A DNA stretch of 26,611 nt from a virus (lineage: Duplodnaviria > Caudoviricetes), in the IMG/VR virus record IMGVR_UViG_3300008116_000327, positions 1-26,611 of that record. The stretch is one strand, 5' to 3'. This document shows, piece by piece, positions 1-9,157 of the stretch. Every line of letters begins with the position of its first letter. Within the stretch, counting starts at the first letter, position 1. The position numbers were made by a program, and so were the translations under genes. The notes under the pieces are model-generated. The model was given only the letters and a program-made list of their open reading frames with translations, was not told the DNA's origin and made no database searches.

Positions 1-882
1 AAAAGTATTTGGAGTGATATTAAATGTTGCACCCTGTGAAACATTCGCAATATTAACATGCCCACCAAAGAAGTAGGTATTTGGATAGACATTAAATCGC
101 GCATCACCATGAGTGTTTGAGATGATCGTATTTGGTGCACTGATTGCAACGAGACGATTATCAACATTCAATGTGCCGACAGTTGTATTTGATACAAGAA
201 CATTAGCAGCAAAGAAGTTTGTATTAGTTGCAACATTAACCGTACCACCTGGACCGATGTTTGCGAATGTTACATTCGCCGCAGTAAGGAAGGTATTTGA
301 GTTAACGCTGAATGTGCCGCCGACAGTCGTATTAGAAATATTAACATTCGTTCCAACGAAGTTCGCATTTTGAGCATGGACATTGAATGTCGTTGTCATT
401 GCAGTATTTGCAATGTTTACTTCACCACCGTGGAAGAATGTATTTGGGAACACATTGAATCTTGCGCTTGAATGCGTATTCGCATAGATTACATTTGGTG
501 ATGTGACGAGTACAATTCGATTATCAACATTAAATGTGCCAGTGGTAGTATTTGAAATGACAACATTCGTTCCAAAGAAGATCGCATTTTGCGACTCGAC
601 GATAAACTTAGAAACGGGGTCATTGTTTCCGATATAGACATTGCCAGAGTTGACATGAGTCAATCGATTGTATACATTTAAAGATCCAGAACCAGTATTT
701 TGCACATTAACATTTGCGCCAAAGAACCAAGTATTCGCAGGATGAACATTCATCGTTGCCTGTAAACTTGTATTCGCAATATTATAAACTGTTGTGTTGA
801 CAGTTGTTAATTGATTATTAACATTTAATGTTCCGAATTCGGCATTAGTTACAGAAACATTTGCGCAGAAGAATGTCGTGTT
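1..882 (-). repeat. About 12 tandem 24-25 aa protein repeats (NTxFFxxNVxIxNTxxxxxFNVxx)
   Basis: Examples: NTWFFGANVNVQNTGSGSLNVYN, QNAIFFGTNVVISNTTTGTFNVDN, NTNFFAANVLVSNTTVGTLNVDN, NTYFFGGHVNIANVSQGATFNITP. Confidence 0.8.
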
Positions 883-1215
883 GGTGTTACTCCAAAAACG
901 ATCAGCCGAACCCATACGACGGAACCAAATATCACCAGCATCGACATACACATGACCTGTGGTATTATCGACTTCGATATCCTTTACAGTAAGAGTTCCG
1001 TCAATATTTGTGTCATCATACACATCAAGAATAACACCACCAGAAGAATTGGATAGTGTGATTTTGCCATTTGTTAGTTCAATGCTTCCTCTAGTTTTAA
1101 TGAAGTCGCCACGAGCAATCTCGTTGACATCGTTTGCCATGAGATTGTCGGTGATGCGCCACTGATTAAAGGTGCATGCACTAGTTGTAATTCCTACATT
1201 AACTGTATTTGCCAT
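1..1215 (-). CDS. Putative tail fibre / beta-helix structural protein, partial (3' end runs off the window)
   Basis: Not in the ORF track. Manual translation from ATG at 1215 is open for 405 codons to position 1: MANTVNVGITTSACTFNQWRITDNLMANDVNEIARG... The N-terminal TFxQWR motif is typical of T4-like fibre proteins. It is followed by Asn/Thr/Val/Phe-rich beta-repeats and starts 2 nt after the previous stop. Confidence 0.8.
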   Translation of the reverse strand, partial: MANTVNVGITTSACTFNQWRITDNLMANDVNEIARGDFIKTRGSIELTNGKITLSNSSGGVILDVYDDTNIDGTLTVKDIEVDNTTGHVYVDAGDIWFRRMGSADRFWSNTNTTFFCANVSVTNAEFGTLNVNNQLTTVNTTVYNIANTSLQATMNVHPANTWFFGANVNVQNTGSGSLNVYNRLTHVNSGNVYIGNNDPVSKFIVESQNAIFFGTNVVISNTTTGTFNVDNRIVLVTSPNVIYANTHSSARFNVFPNTFFHGGEVNIANTAMTTTFNVHAQNANFVGTNVNISNTTVGGTFSVNSNTFLTAANVTFANIGPGGTVNVATNTNFFAANVLVSNTTVGTLNVDNRLVAISAPNTIISNTHGDARFNVYPNTYFFGGHVNIANVSQGATFNITPNTF

Positions 1216-1217
1216 GT

Positions 1218-1445
1218 CTATTTCTCGCCACTAACGGCTTTTAAAATTTGGGAAAGCATACCCTTAATGTCTGAAACTTCAGACTTCAGGTTATTTAGGT
1301 CGTCGTCTATTTGCTTTTGACGGCGCAACTCCGCCATCTTTAATTCGTGTTTTGAGACAGCTGCTTTGTTTGTATTTAAAACCGCAATTCCTCTCTCATC
1401 TTTCACAAAATCAGGATTTTCTTTAACCCTTGCCCTGACTTCCAT
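1218..1445 (-). CDS. Small conserved protein that follows DUF4815/VrlC genes in T4-like phages; C-terminal coiled coil
   Basis: 75 aa, VKENPDFVKDERGIAVLNTN...LNNLKSEVSDIKGMLSQIL. Tightly packed in the operon (3 nt and 2 nt gaps). Confidence 0.75.
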   Translation of the reverse strand: MEVRARVKENPDFVKDERGIAVLNTNKAAVSKHELKMAELRRQKQIDDDLNNLKSEVSDIKGMLSQILKAVSGEK

Positions 1446-1448
1446 ACA

Positions 1449-4400
1449 TTAACCCTCTGGAGTTGCAATCACACGAAGATTTCTAATCTTTGGTACTAAT
1501 GATGCATCGGTTGTTGTTAAGACGACCTTAACAGCAAACGACTTAAATTTACCGCCGAGTGGATAAGTTGTTCCATTTTCAACATAAGCGAGTCTATTTT
1601 CAAGCAGATCTGGTCTAAACTCTAATCCAATTAAAGATCTTGCGCTCTTAGAATATGTATTCTTTACCTTTTGCATTAACTGCCAGCTCTTATCTGCAAA
1701 ACGATCGTTATCTTCTACAGACTTAACCTTATAATAAACATTAATATCTGTTCCTGTTGGGCGAATTGCGTCCATAAACACTCTCATGTCACCAGACTCG
1801 AATCCATCTTCAAGAACGATTTCGCGACTAATATATTTGGCTTGAATATTACCGCCAGACTTACCTGTCTCGCCAGCAATAACTGCTGTTGCATTCGCGT
1901 TTGGTGTAGCATTACCAGATACGATTTGAATTGTTGGAGTAGTTAGATAGCCACTGCCTGGATCGGTGATAACAACATAATTAACTCTATCATCACCATT
2001 AGTATTTGCGACAGCAAAGCCAGTTGCACCAGAACCACCACCACCAGAAATGTTAATTGCATAGAATCCAATATTTGCATTATTTGCAAAGATATACTGG
2101 CGATATAGTGCAGCATTTGCTACTAGTGTAGAAACACTAGTTCCAAATACATTTTCTTGTGCATTAGAAACATTTGCTGCAGTTATTGTTGCATTATATC
2201 CAGTACCATAACCTAATAGAGAGATGGTTGTATTTGGGATACCTGCATTATCGACGAGATACTTCGATGCTGTCAAACCAAGTCTTTCAATGTTTACAAT
2301 TGGCGAAATGTCTGGGTCTGGTGTAGACATCGTTAAACTCAATATAAAACTATTTGCATCTCCCTTGAGCAACTTACGGCGATTGATAGAAGTCTTATTT
2401 GACTTATCAAGTAATGCGCCATATTCAAGTGGCGAGAATTTAGTCAATTCAACACCGCTTGCACCCTCTTGAGTTGTGCCGCTACCATTTGCATATATTC
2501 CACGGAGGCTATATGAAAGATCGGTAACAGGGAAATCAAGATCAGAAGCAAGCAAGATAACTTTATCAACATAGTTGTTTGCTTCTGGAGCAGAGTCTAG
2601 TGCAAACTGAGCAGTACCATCACCAGAGTTGTGGAATACAGCCTTATTAATCACAAACATCAAATCTTGATTTTGATATGGTGTCCAAGTTGATGAGTTT
2701 TGTGAGCGGAAGAATGAACCAGCATATGGCTGTTCAGAAATGCGTCGAGATGGTGTTACACCAAGAACATCGGCACCAATTTCTGCAATGAACACCTCAT
2801 AATCTGGAGAGTCAGATCCAAGAACGAGTGCGTATTCTCGAGATGGTTCTAAGAACACTGGATCATCGAAAGTAAACTTTGTAACCGTTGCTGAGTTTCC
2901 TGTGCTTGGAACATTAGAAATCTTAACATCTTTACACTGAATTGTTTTAGCGGCAAGATAGTTCTTTGTTGGATAACCATTTTGAACTTCTGCAATCTTC
3001 AATGTAATTGGAAGCTGCATTGAACCAAGTGATGTCAATGGCTTGCTCTTAAAGAATAGATCCACAGAAGTTACGAACATACCGTAGTCTTGTTTATTCG
3101 CATTAATTTTTGGTTTTGGCGTAAAGAATGTTTGAGACAAACCATCGCCAAGATTAATACGAGGTGTCGTTGATCCAGTAGACGCAGTTGTTGGATTCTT
3201 TACAGCATCACTATTATATGATCGCTCTGACGGAGCAACAGGACGAATTAGTGCATCAGCATCAACCTCAGGCATTGGCTGAAGTGTTGGTGTTGTCTGA
3301 ATTCGCTGTGTTGTTTTTAGAATACCACTCGACATAAACGAACCAGCGGCACGCATTGCGTAATCTGGATCATCAACTGTAGAAGTATCAGTAATTGTTA
3401 GAACACGATTACCTGTCTTAAATTTAAATCCAGGGAATGCTGGAACCTGAAACACGCCAGCTAAACAGCTGGTGTCATCGACAACAAAGTTGCCGATAGA
3501 ATAATGTGTATTTGAAGAGTAATCTAGGTCAAGTGCTGAATCAAGAGTTACAGTTCTTCCACTTACAGCTGTAATTAGTTTTAAAGATCCAGCTGATGTT
3601 CCAGAAGTAAAGTAAATCAAATTGCCAGCAGCACCTGAGGTGTTTGCACTGGTTGGAAGCAATACTTGCGTCAATCCAGAATTTAATGTATTTGCAAGAA
3701 CACCAGAGGTATGAGTGTATGATGTGATCTTAATATTTGCAGAGTTTGCAACACTCTTAACATAAGAACCAACTGGGAATCCTGTTTCATTAAATGTTTG
3801 AATATGAAGTGGTTTTGGTGAAGCAGTATCAGTAATACACCACAATCTGACATTTGCATTCGTGCTTGTGCTTGTAGCATTGGCAAGCATATAGCCATCA
3901 ATTGGCTTTAAAGCAATTCTTCCGTCTGTTAAATTAATATATTCAATATGTGCACGGAATGATGCAAGATCATATCTTGCTGCACCGTCAGCTGTTTGAT
4001 ATACAAGGTCGCCAACTCTAAACTTTGACGAGTAATCTGCTAGAGTTGATCCAGAAGTTGCCACAACATTTAAGTTGTGGAAATTTTGATTTAGATAAAC
4101 AACATCGTCACCGCTTGTTGCGATAACTTTCGCAAACACTTTGTCGCCTAATGCACCAGTAGCGATTACACCCTCGCCTGGATAGAAAGAGTCAGAATTA
4201 TCATATTCAGTAGCACTGATAATTGATAGATTTGCATATGTGACAAAAGATCCATTCTCAACGAAAATTGAGGCAGAAGGGTCAAAATTGCCTGATTGAG
4301 AGCGAAGAACAAAAGAACTATTTCCAGAAAAGTAAGTGTCTACAATTGCAGAAAATGTATTTGATGCGCTTGAAGTTCCTTGGTAAACTAACTGCCCAGA

Positions 4401-4625
4401 AGTAGGCGCAGTAGAAGAATTTGACGAGAAAGCAATAACTTTCTTTGCGTCAATTTCTACCTTATTTGCAACCTGACAAAATCGATTTACTGCAATGTCA
4501 TCAAAAAAGATTGATGCAATCTTTCCAGGCTTTAGATTTCTACCAGTAAATTCGATATCTCTTGTGCGCATATATGGCACAAGATTTGTATCGACAACCA
4601 CTGTTCCAAACTCTGTTTTAATCAT
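1449..4625 (-). CDS. DUF4815/VrlC-like virion structural protein, C-terminal half
   Basis: 1058 aa with motifs of the VrlC C-terminal region: VPYMRTRDIEF..NLKP, FKTGNR, LSQTF, FVTSVDLFFKSK, TKFTFDDPVFL, QPYAGSFFRSQNSSTWTPYQNQDLMF, and terminal FKSFAVKVVL..VPKIRNLRVIA. Confidence 0.85.
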   Translation of the reverse strand: MIKTEFGTVVVDTNLVPYMRTRDIEFTGRNLKPGKIASIFFDDIAVNRFCQVANKVEIDAKKVIAFSSNSSTAPTSGQLVYQGTSSASNTFSAIVDTYFSGNSSFVLRSQSGNFDPSASIFVENGSFVTYANLSIISATEYDNSDSFYPGEGVIATGALGDKVFAKVIATSGDDVVYLNQNFHNLNVVATSGSTLADYSSKFRVGDLVYQTADGAARYDLASFRAHIEYINLTDGRIALKPIDGYMLANATSTSTNANVRLWCITDTASPKPLHIQTFNETGFPVGSYVKSVANSANIKITSYTHTSGVLANTLNSGLTQVLLPTSANTSGAAGNLIYFTSGTSAGSLKLITAVSGRTVTLDSALDLDYSSNTHYSIGNFVVDDTSCLAGVFQVPAFPGFKFKTGNRVLTITDTSTVDDPDYAMRAAGSFMSSGILKTTQRIQTTPTLQPMPEVDADALIRPVAPSERSYNSDAVKNPTTASTGSTTPRINLGDGLSQTFFTPKPKINANKQDYGMFVTSVDLFFKSKPLTSLGSMQLPITLKIAEVQNGYPTKNYLAAKTIQCKDVKISNVPSTGNSATVTKFTFDDPVFLEPSREYALVLGSDSPDYEVFIAEIGADVLGVTPSRRISEQPYAGSFFRSQNSSTWTPYQNQDLMFVINKAVFHNSGDGTAQFALDSAPEANNYVDKVILLASDLDFPVTDLSYSLRGIYANGSGTTQEGASGVELTKFSPLEYGALLDKSNKTSINRRKLLKGDANSFILSLTMSTPDPDISPIVNIERLGLTASKYLVDNAGIPNTTISLLGYGTGYNATITAANVSNAQENVFGTSVSTLVANAALYRQYIFANNANIGFYAINISGGGGSGATGFAVANTNGDDRVNYVVITDPGSGYLTTPTIQIVSGNATPNANATAVIAGETGKSGGNIQAKYISREIVLEDGFESGDMRVFMDAIRPTGTDINVYYKVKSVEDNDRFADKSWQLMQKVKNTYSKSARSLIGLEFRPDLLENRLAYVENGTTYPLGGKFKSFAVKVVLTTTDASLVPKIRNLRVIATPEG

Positions 4626-4644
4626 GTTCTTTTTTTCCTAGAAA

Positions 4645-7600
4645 TCAATCTTTTCTAAATTCTAATGAGTCATACTCGAATCGCGTATTATGGTGGAGAA
4701 TATACGCTCCCTCAGTTTCACCAGCCCAGAAACTATTGTTTCCAGTATCGATACCACGAACAAATTTCTCACCGAGGTATTCAACACTTACAACTTCTTT
4801 CCAAGCAGACTCATTGTCTTTATTTACACCAATCATTTGCCCAATCAAATTTGGTGCCTTCATCACACCATTATTTAAGGTTGGTATTGGAGCGGTTGTT
4901 GAGCAGACGAGAGATGTTCCGCATTCAGTTGTAATTCTTACGCATGGTTGCCATTCAATTCCGCTATGAACAACCTTACCAACGACAGTTTCAAGCGAGA
5001 CTTCGTTAGCAAGAAGAATATCCATACCATCCATGAGCATATATGCTTGCGTGACAGGATTACCATTGTAAAGTTTTTGCTCAATAAGAGGAACAAAACT
5101 TTCTAGAACAACACAGCCGCCACCACCAGTACGAATTGGCTGTTTTACAACAACCACTGGCTCTGGTTCTGGAGGTGGTGGTTCGATTGGGATCCAAATC
5201 GGCACCTCTGGCGGAACACCGATATCGATGATCTCTGGTGGAGGTGGTGGAGGTGGTGGCGGTTCCCATGGTAGTGGTGGTGGCTCTGGTGGAAGAGCTG
5301 GTGGAGGTGGCTCCACTGGTTGTGGATCAACAATAATTGGTGGAGGTGGATGCTTGACAATAATCTCATCAGGTGGTAAAGGTGTCGGTGGAAGAACCGC
5401 AGGTTCACGAATGATGATCGTTTCCACATTTCTTGTTGGGAAGATCTGCTCAATTGTAATTTGTGGTTGTTTTTCAATAATCGTTTCTTTAATTACTGTT
5501 GTGTGTTCAATGCGAACTCTCTCTGGAACAGTAATAATTTCTGGCTTGAGTTGATTGTCAGTCCAAAAATCAGTTTCTGGAGCCATTTCTACAATGCCAT
5601 TGAACTGACCAAACAAGAATGGTTGTACAGATACCGCCTTATCTGAAACAAGGTTTTGAGAAATTGCTGGTGTTTCTGTGAAGTTCAATGAAATTGTTTT
5701 CTTATTCAACTTCATATCAGCCAATACTTTATTCTTAAATGCAAGCGGTAATGTAGTTGTTCTTGGTGTTAAGAAACCTTGATCAAGCGCACAACTAAAT
5801 CCTGGATCTTTAAAGTCAGCAATCGAGAAGTTGCGGAAGTTTTCACCAACAATACCAAACTTTTCTTTTTCTGTGTTATCTTCGTACAATGTCTTATCAT
5901 TCATGGCTAGATTTTCAACATTGTTTAGCGAGACAAAGAACTCGAGTTTTTGCACTCTTTTATCAATACTTGAAATGTCTTTCATAGTAAAGCGTCGATT
6001 TTCATTATATTCTGTTCGAATATCTTGAACATCATTAACATATGGAGGCAAGCGCAATGTATACATGGTCATTGCGTCATCGTCATCCTTTGGAATAGAT
6101 GGAATAACTGCAGACTTACCCTTAATTACTCGGAACTCTTTATCTTTTGACAACACAAGTTTGTCAATACGAGGTAGGTAATAGTCAAATGACAACTCAG
6201 TTGTTGAATCTGGGTGCGGGAAGTTTGGAACATTGAATGTATCTGCAACATCACCAACTGGTCGAGATGGACGGAAATCTAAACAGTCTCGTAGATACAA
6301 AATGTTTCCATTTGTATCTGTATATACTGGAATTAAATTATCGTCATATTGATCTGCGCCATATGAAGACGGACCGAAGAATGATAGTTTATTCGTAGAA
6401 GAATAAATGTGGTGGTAGAAGTTTACATGAACAAGGAGTTTACCAGAAGGTGTACTGTAGCCCTGCTTCAAGATTATTTTTGCATGGTCATATTTGTCGT
6501 CGCGCTGACCATAGTCAAAAACAAATCTTTCAGTAATGTCTTCAACATTATCAACATCTGGATAATGCGTTGTGTTGCCCATGAGAACTTTATTGACCTT
6601 TACCACATCTGGAAGGAACAATGAAATTGAATCGCCTGGACGGACAGCGTTATATGTTGGATTTGAAAGCCAAATTAAACCATTTGCAAGATTTAGTGAT
6701 GCAACATGTCCAAGATTTGTTATGGAAACCTCAGTATTTTGAGTAGCGTTTGATGATGGGTATGTGAACGGATCTGCGCTAAAAGAGGAATCTGCATAAT
6801 ATGTCTTTGTGCGAATTAGATCTTCAGCATCATTAACCTTAACACGAATAATTGCATCAATTGATTGTAATAAAGCATCACCAGTATCAATTGTAATCTG
6901 GCTTGATGTGACAGTCACATTCGCTGATGTAAGATTTAATATTGCACCATTCGGAGTAGTTGAACCACCATTATCACGAACTGCAATCACAAGGTTTTGA
7001 CGAATAGAGCTTGTTGTTCCTGACCACGGAATTGTTGCTGTTGAGAGATCACCTGCACCGATAATGAAGACACCAGGAGAACCGACCGAAACTGTTTTAT
7101 TTAAAATAGCCTTGTCGTGCTCATAATCAACATTATTGATTGATGTTCTTGCAACAAATGTTCCAGGAAGCTGGTAAATGAACACCTTGTCTTTTGGTTC
7201 AGACAATACAACATCGCCGCTGATGAGTTTCGAATCAATAGCAACATTCATTGCTGTATTAACATTTGCAAGCAATGAATTTGCGACGGCAAGACCAGAA
7301 ACTATACACTCAGCGTCATCTACACCAAAGTTTAATTGGAATACCGTATTTGAATCTGGCACACCTAGATTATCAAATGGACGATCTAATTGAAGAGTGG
7401 CATAATTTGATTGCCACCACGAGTTTGCAATAGTTCTTGTTTGCCCACCAACATTTTGTGTATGTGCAGTTTGCTTATAGACAAGCACTGGATTTGATGC
7501 AGAGTTTGCTAATGCATAAGAGAATATTGAGTTAACGACGAGATTTCCTGTATCAACTCTAACAACTTCTTTTGCAAAGTCGCCAACACGAATAATATCA

Positions 7601-9147
7601 CCAACAGAGATCTTACCTGCAAATGTTCCACTAGAGTTTGCATTCACATTAAATGCGTTAGCATATGATGCATAAACATCAGCAACTGCATCTAGTTTAA
7701 TTGGAAGAATTGTTAGTGAAACATTCGAATACAATCCATTTGTTCTCGGCATAAATTGACCAGAGGCAACATTGATCGTATTTGAAGTGTGTGTTCCAGC
7801 GGCACGCAATACTTTAGGAACAATGTTAACATCTGTCAAATAAATTCTGTATACACCATTACCGTCGACAATTGATTCAGTGCTATTGTCTTCGCGAACA
7901 AAGTCGCGAACTCTTGCTGTACCGATCTTTGTATTCTGATAGATAAATCCATTTGCAGCAGAACTGCCGAGACCGACATTGATTTGTGTTGCAGTACCAC
8001 AGTGAATATCAACCTTTTCCATGGCAGCAATGTTAATAAAGGCATTACCCTGCCCTGGAGATACAATTGATGTTACATAAAGATAATTTCCAGAAGAGGT
8101 GTCAACATCAACATCAACAATTGATTTTACATCAGCTGCGCTTCTTGGTTTTTCAACATCAATCTTAACTTGTCCGAGGGTTTCGAATTCAAAACCCTTA
8201 ACATATGCTTTTCCTGGCTCAATGATGATTGTATAGTTATTTGCATCAGTGCCATCCATTACGGATGCGCGGAATGGGCGAACAGTATAGTCACCAGATT
8301 CGTCGAAGGTGCGACGAGCAAGAGTTTTTTCTAACTCTGCATAGATTGGATATTTGACTTGTTTGGTGATAATACCATTTTCAAGACGCATTAATTCGAA
8401 GAATTGTGCTTCGTCAATGATAGAATCAAGTGGACGAGTTGAGAGTGTTAGATTAAACTGATAGCGATCGCCGCCTGGAGCCTGATAGTTAAATGATCCT
8501 TGAGCAGGATCTAATAGGGTCGTATCAATTTCACTATCAACAATTGTATCATTAATCTCAAGACCGATCTTAACATTCGCAGTTACATCATAAGCCGCTG
8601 CGACAACTGTCTGATCAGAGACTTGAACAAAGAATCCGTCGACATAAAACACGCCTTCGTTAATAGAAACAACTGTGGCTTGACCACTAGCGTTAGAAGC
8701 AATTAACTGGGCTTGTGTGGTTGATCCAGCAATTTTAATCACATCACCGTCTTGGAATTCAAGACCAGTCAAATACTTAACAACAAGAGTAGGAATGCCG
8801 TCGGTTGGAAAGTATGTTGCAAGAACTTTTGCTTGAACTGATCCTGAAGTGTTTCGAACAACCTTGCGATCAAAATCTTCGATTTCAATATCGACATTAT
8901 TAAAAGTTTCTAGGAGCTTGATGTGTCGAACTTTGTTATCGAGAGTTAAATTACCACCAATAACTGGGGAACCGTCTTGGAAAACATGGTCACCGAATTG
9001 CTTAATCTGATTCTGTAGAATAGACTGTATTTGCGTAAGTTCACGAGCCTGGACTGCCTTTCCTGGCTTGAAAAGAATGCGCATATAGTTATTATCTCGC
9101 GCATTATCATCAAAATCATCATAATACGGTTCAATATTAAATTCCAT
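4645..9147 (-). CDS. DUF4815/VrlC-like virion structural protein, N-terminal half, with C-terminal Pro-rich linker and Hint domain
   Basis: 1500 aa. Hallmark start PYYDDF...RILFKPGKAVQARELTQIQSILQNQI, plus APGGDRY, LARRTFDESGDY, PGKAYVKGFE, GQRDDKYD, LDFRP, YYLPRID and NRRFTMKDI. Confidence 0.9.
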   Translation of the reverse strand: MEFNIEPYYDDFDDNARDNNYMRILFKPGKAVQARELTQIQSILQNQIKQFGDHVFQDGSPVIGGNLTLDNKVRHIKLLETFNNVDIEIEDFDRKVVRNTSGSVQAKVLATYFPTDGIPTLVVKYLTGLEFQDGDVIKIAGSTTQAQLIASNASGQATVVSINEGVFYVDGFFVQVSDQTVVAAAYDVTANVKIGLEINDTIVDSEIDTTLLDPAQGSFNYQAPGGDRYQFNLTLSTRPLDSIIDEAQFFELMRLENGIITKQVKYPIYAELEKTLARRTFDESGDYTVRPFRASVMDGTDANNYTIIIEPGKAYVKGFEFETLGQVKIDVEKPRSAADVKSIVDVDVDTSSGNYLYVTSIVSPGQGNAFINIAAMEKVDIHCGTATQINVGLGSSAANGFIYQNTKIGTARVRDFVREDNSTESIVDGNGVYRIYLTDVNIVPKVLRAAGTHTSNTINVASGQFMPRTNGLYSNVSLTILPIKLDAVADVYASYANAFNVNANSSGTFAGKISVGDIIRVGDFAKEVVRVDTGNLVVNSIFSYALANSASNPVLVYKQTAHTQNVGGQTRTIANSWWQSNYATLQLDRPFDNLGVPDSNTVFQLNFGVDDAECIVSGLAVANSLLANVNTAMNVAIDSKLISGDVVLSEPKDKVFIYQLPGTFVARTSINNVDYEHDKAILNKTVSVGSPGVFIIGAGDLSTATIPWSGTTSSIRQNLVIAVRDNGGSTTPNGAILNLTSANVTVTSSQITIDTGDALLQSIDAIIRVKVNDAEDLIRTKTYYADSSFSADPFTYPSSNATQNTEVSITNLGHVASLNLANGLIWLSNPTYNAVRPGDSISLFLPDVVKVNKVLMGNTTHYPDVDNVEDITERFVFDYGQRDDKYDHAKIILKQGYSTPSGKLLVHVNFYHHIYSSTNKLSFFGPSSYGADQYDDNLIPVYTDTNGNILYLRDCLDFRPSRPVGDVADTFNVPNFPHPDSTTELSFDYYLPRIDKLVLSKDKEFRVIKGKSAVIPSIPKDDDDAMTMYTLRLPPYVNDVQDIRTEYNENRRFTMKDISSIDKRVQKLEFFVSLNNVENLAMNDKTLYEDNTEKEKFGIVGENFRNFSIADFKDPGFSCALDQGFLTPRTTTLPLAFKNKVLADMKLNKKTISLNFTETPAISQNLVSDKAVSVQPFLFGQFNGIVEMAPETDFWTDNQLKPEIITVPERVRIEHTTVIKETIIEKQPQITIEQIFPTRNVETIIIREPAVLPPTPLPPDEIIVKHPPPPIIVDPQPVEPPPPALPPEPPPLPWEPPPPPPPPPEIIDIGVPPEVPIWIPIEPPPPEPEPVVVVKQPIRTGGGGCVVLESFVPLIEQKLYNGNPVTQAYMLMDGMDILLANEVSLETVVGKVVHSGIEWQPCVRITTECGTSLVCSTTAPIPTLNNGVMKAPNLIGQMIGVNKDNESAWKEVVSVEYLGEKFVRGIDTGNNSFWAGETEGAYILHHNTRFEYDSLEFRKD
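4687..5115 (-). other. Hint (intein/BIL-like) domain, 143 aa, residues 1345-1487 of the 1500-aa protein
   Basis: Starts GGGG|CVVLESFV (Cys1). Block-B-like VRITTECGTSLVCSTTAPI, block-F-like EVVSVEYLGEKFVRGIDTGNNSFWAG, ends ILHHN|T. No endonuclease insert. Confidence 0.85.
5140..5410 (-). repeat. Proline-rich low-complexity linker of about 90 aa
   Basis: EPAVLPPTPLPP...HPPPPIIVDPQPVEPPPPALPPEPPPLPWEPPPPPPPPPE...EPPPPEPEP; seen as (ggt/gga)n runs on the + strand. Confidence 0.95.
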
Positions 9148-9157
9148 GTCTTTTTAC

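Noticed and set aside
113-1165. Plus-strand ORFs 113..373 and 959..1165
   Set aside because: Antisense to the open minus-strand fibre gene 1..1215.
4626-4647. A7 run between the DUF4815 halves as a frameshift or readthrough site rejoining them
   Set aside because: The run lies after the TGA stop, and the downstream frame has its own TAG at 4640-4638. Fusion would need both readthrough and a shift.
4687-5115. Hint domain as a mobile homing intein
   Set aside because: No endonuclease domain, not inserted in a conserved enzyme motif, and only a 13-aa C-extein.
5228-5554. Gly-rich 108-aa ORF on the + strand, and His/Leu-rich 5145..5477 on the - strand
   Set aside because: Antisense and alternate-frame shadows of the poly-Pro codons in the DUF4815 gene.
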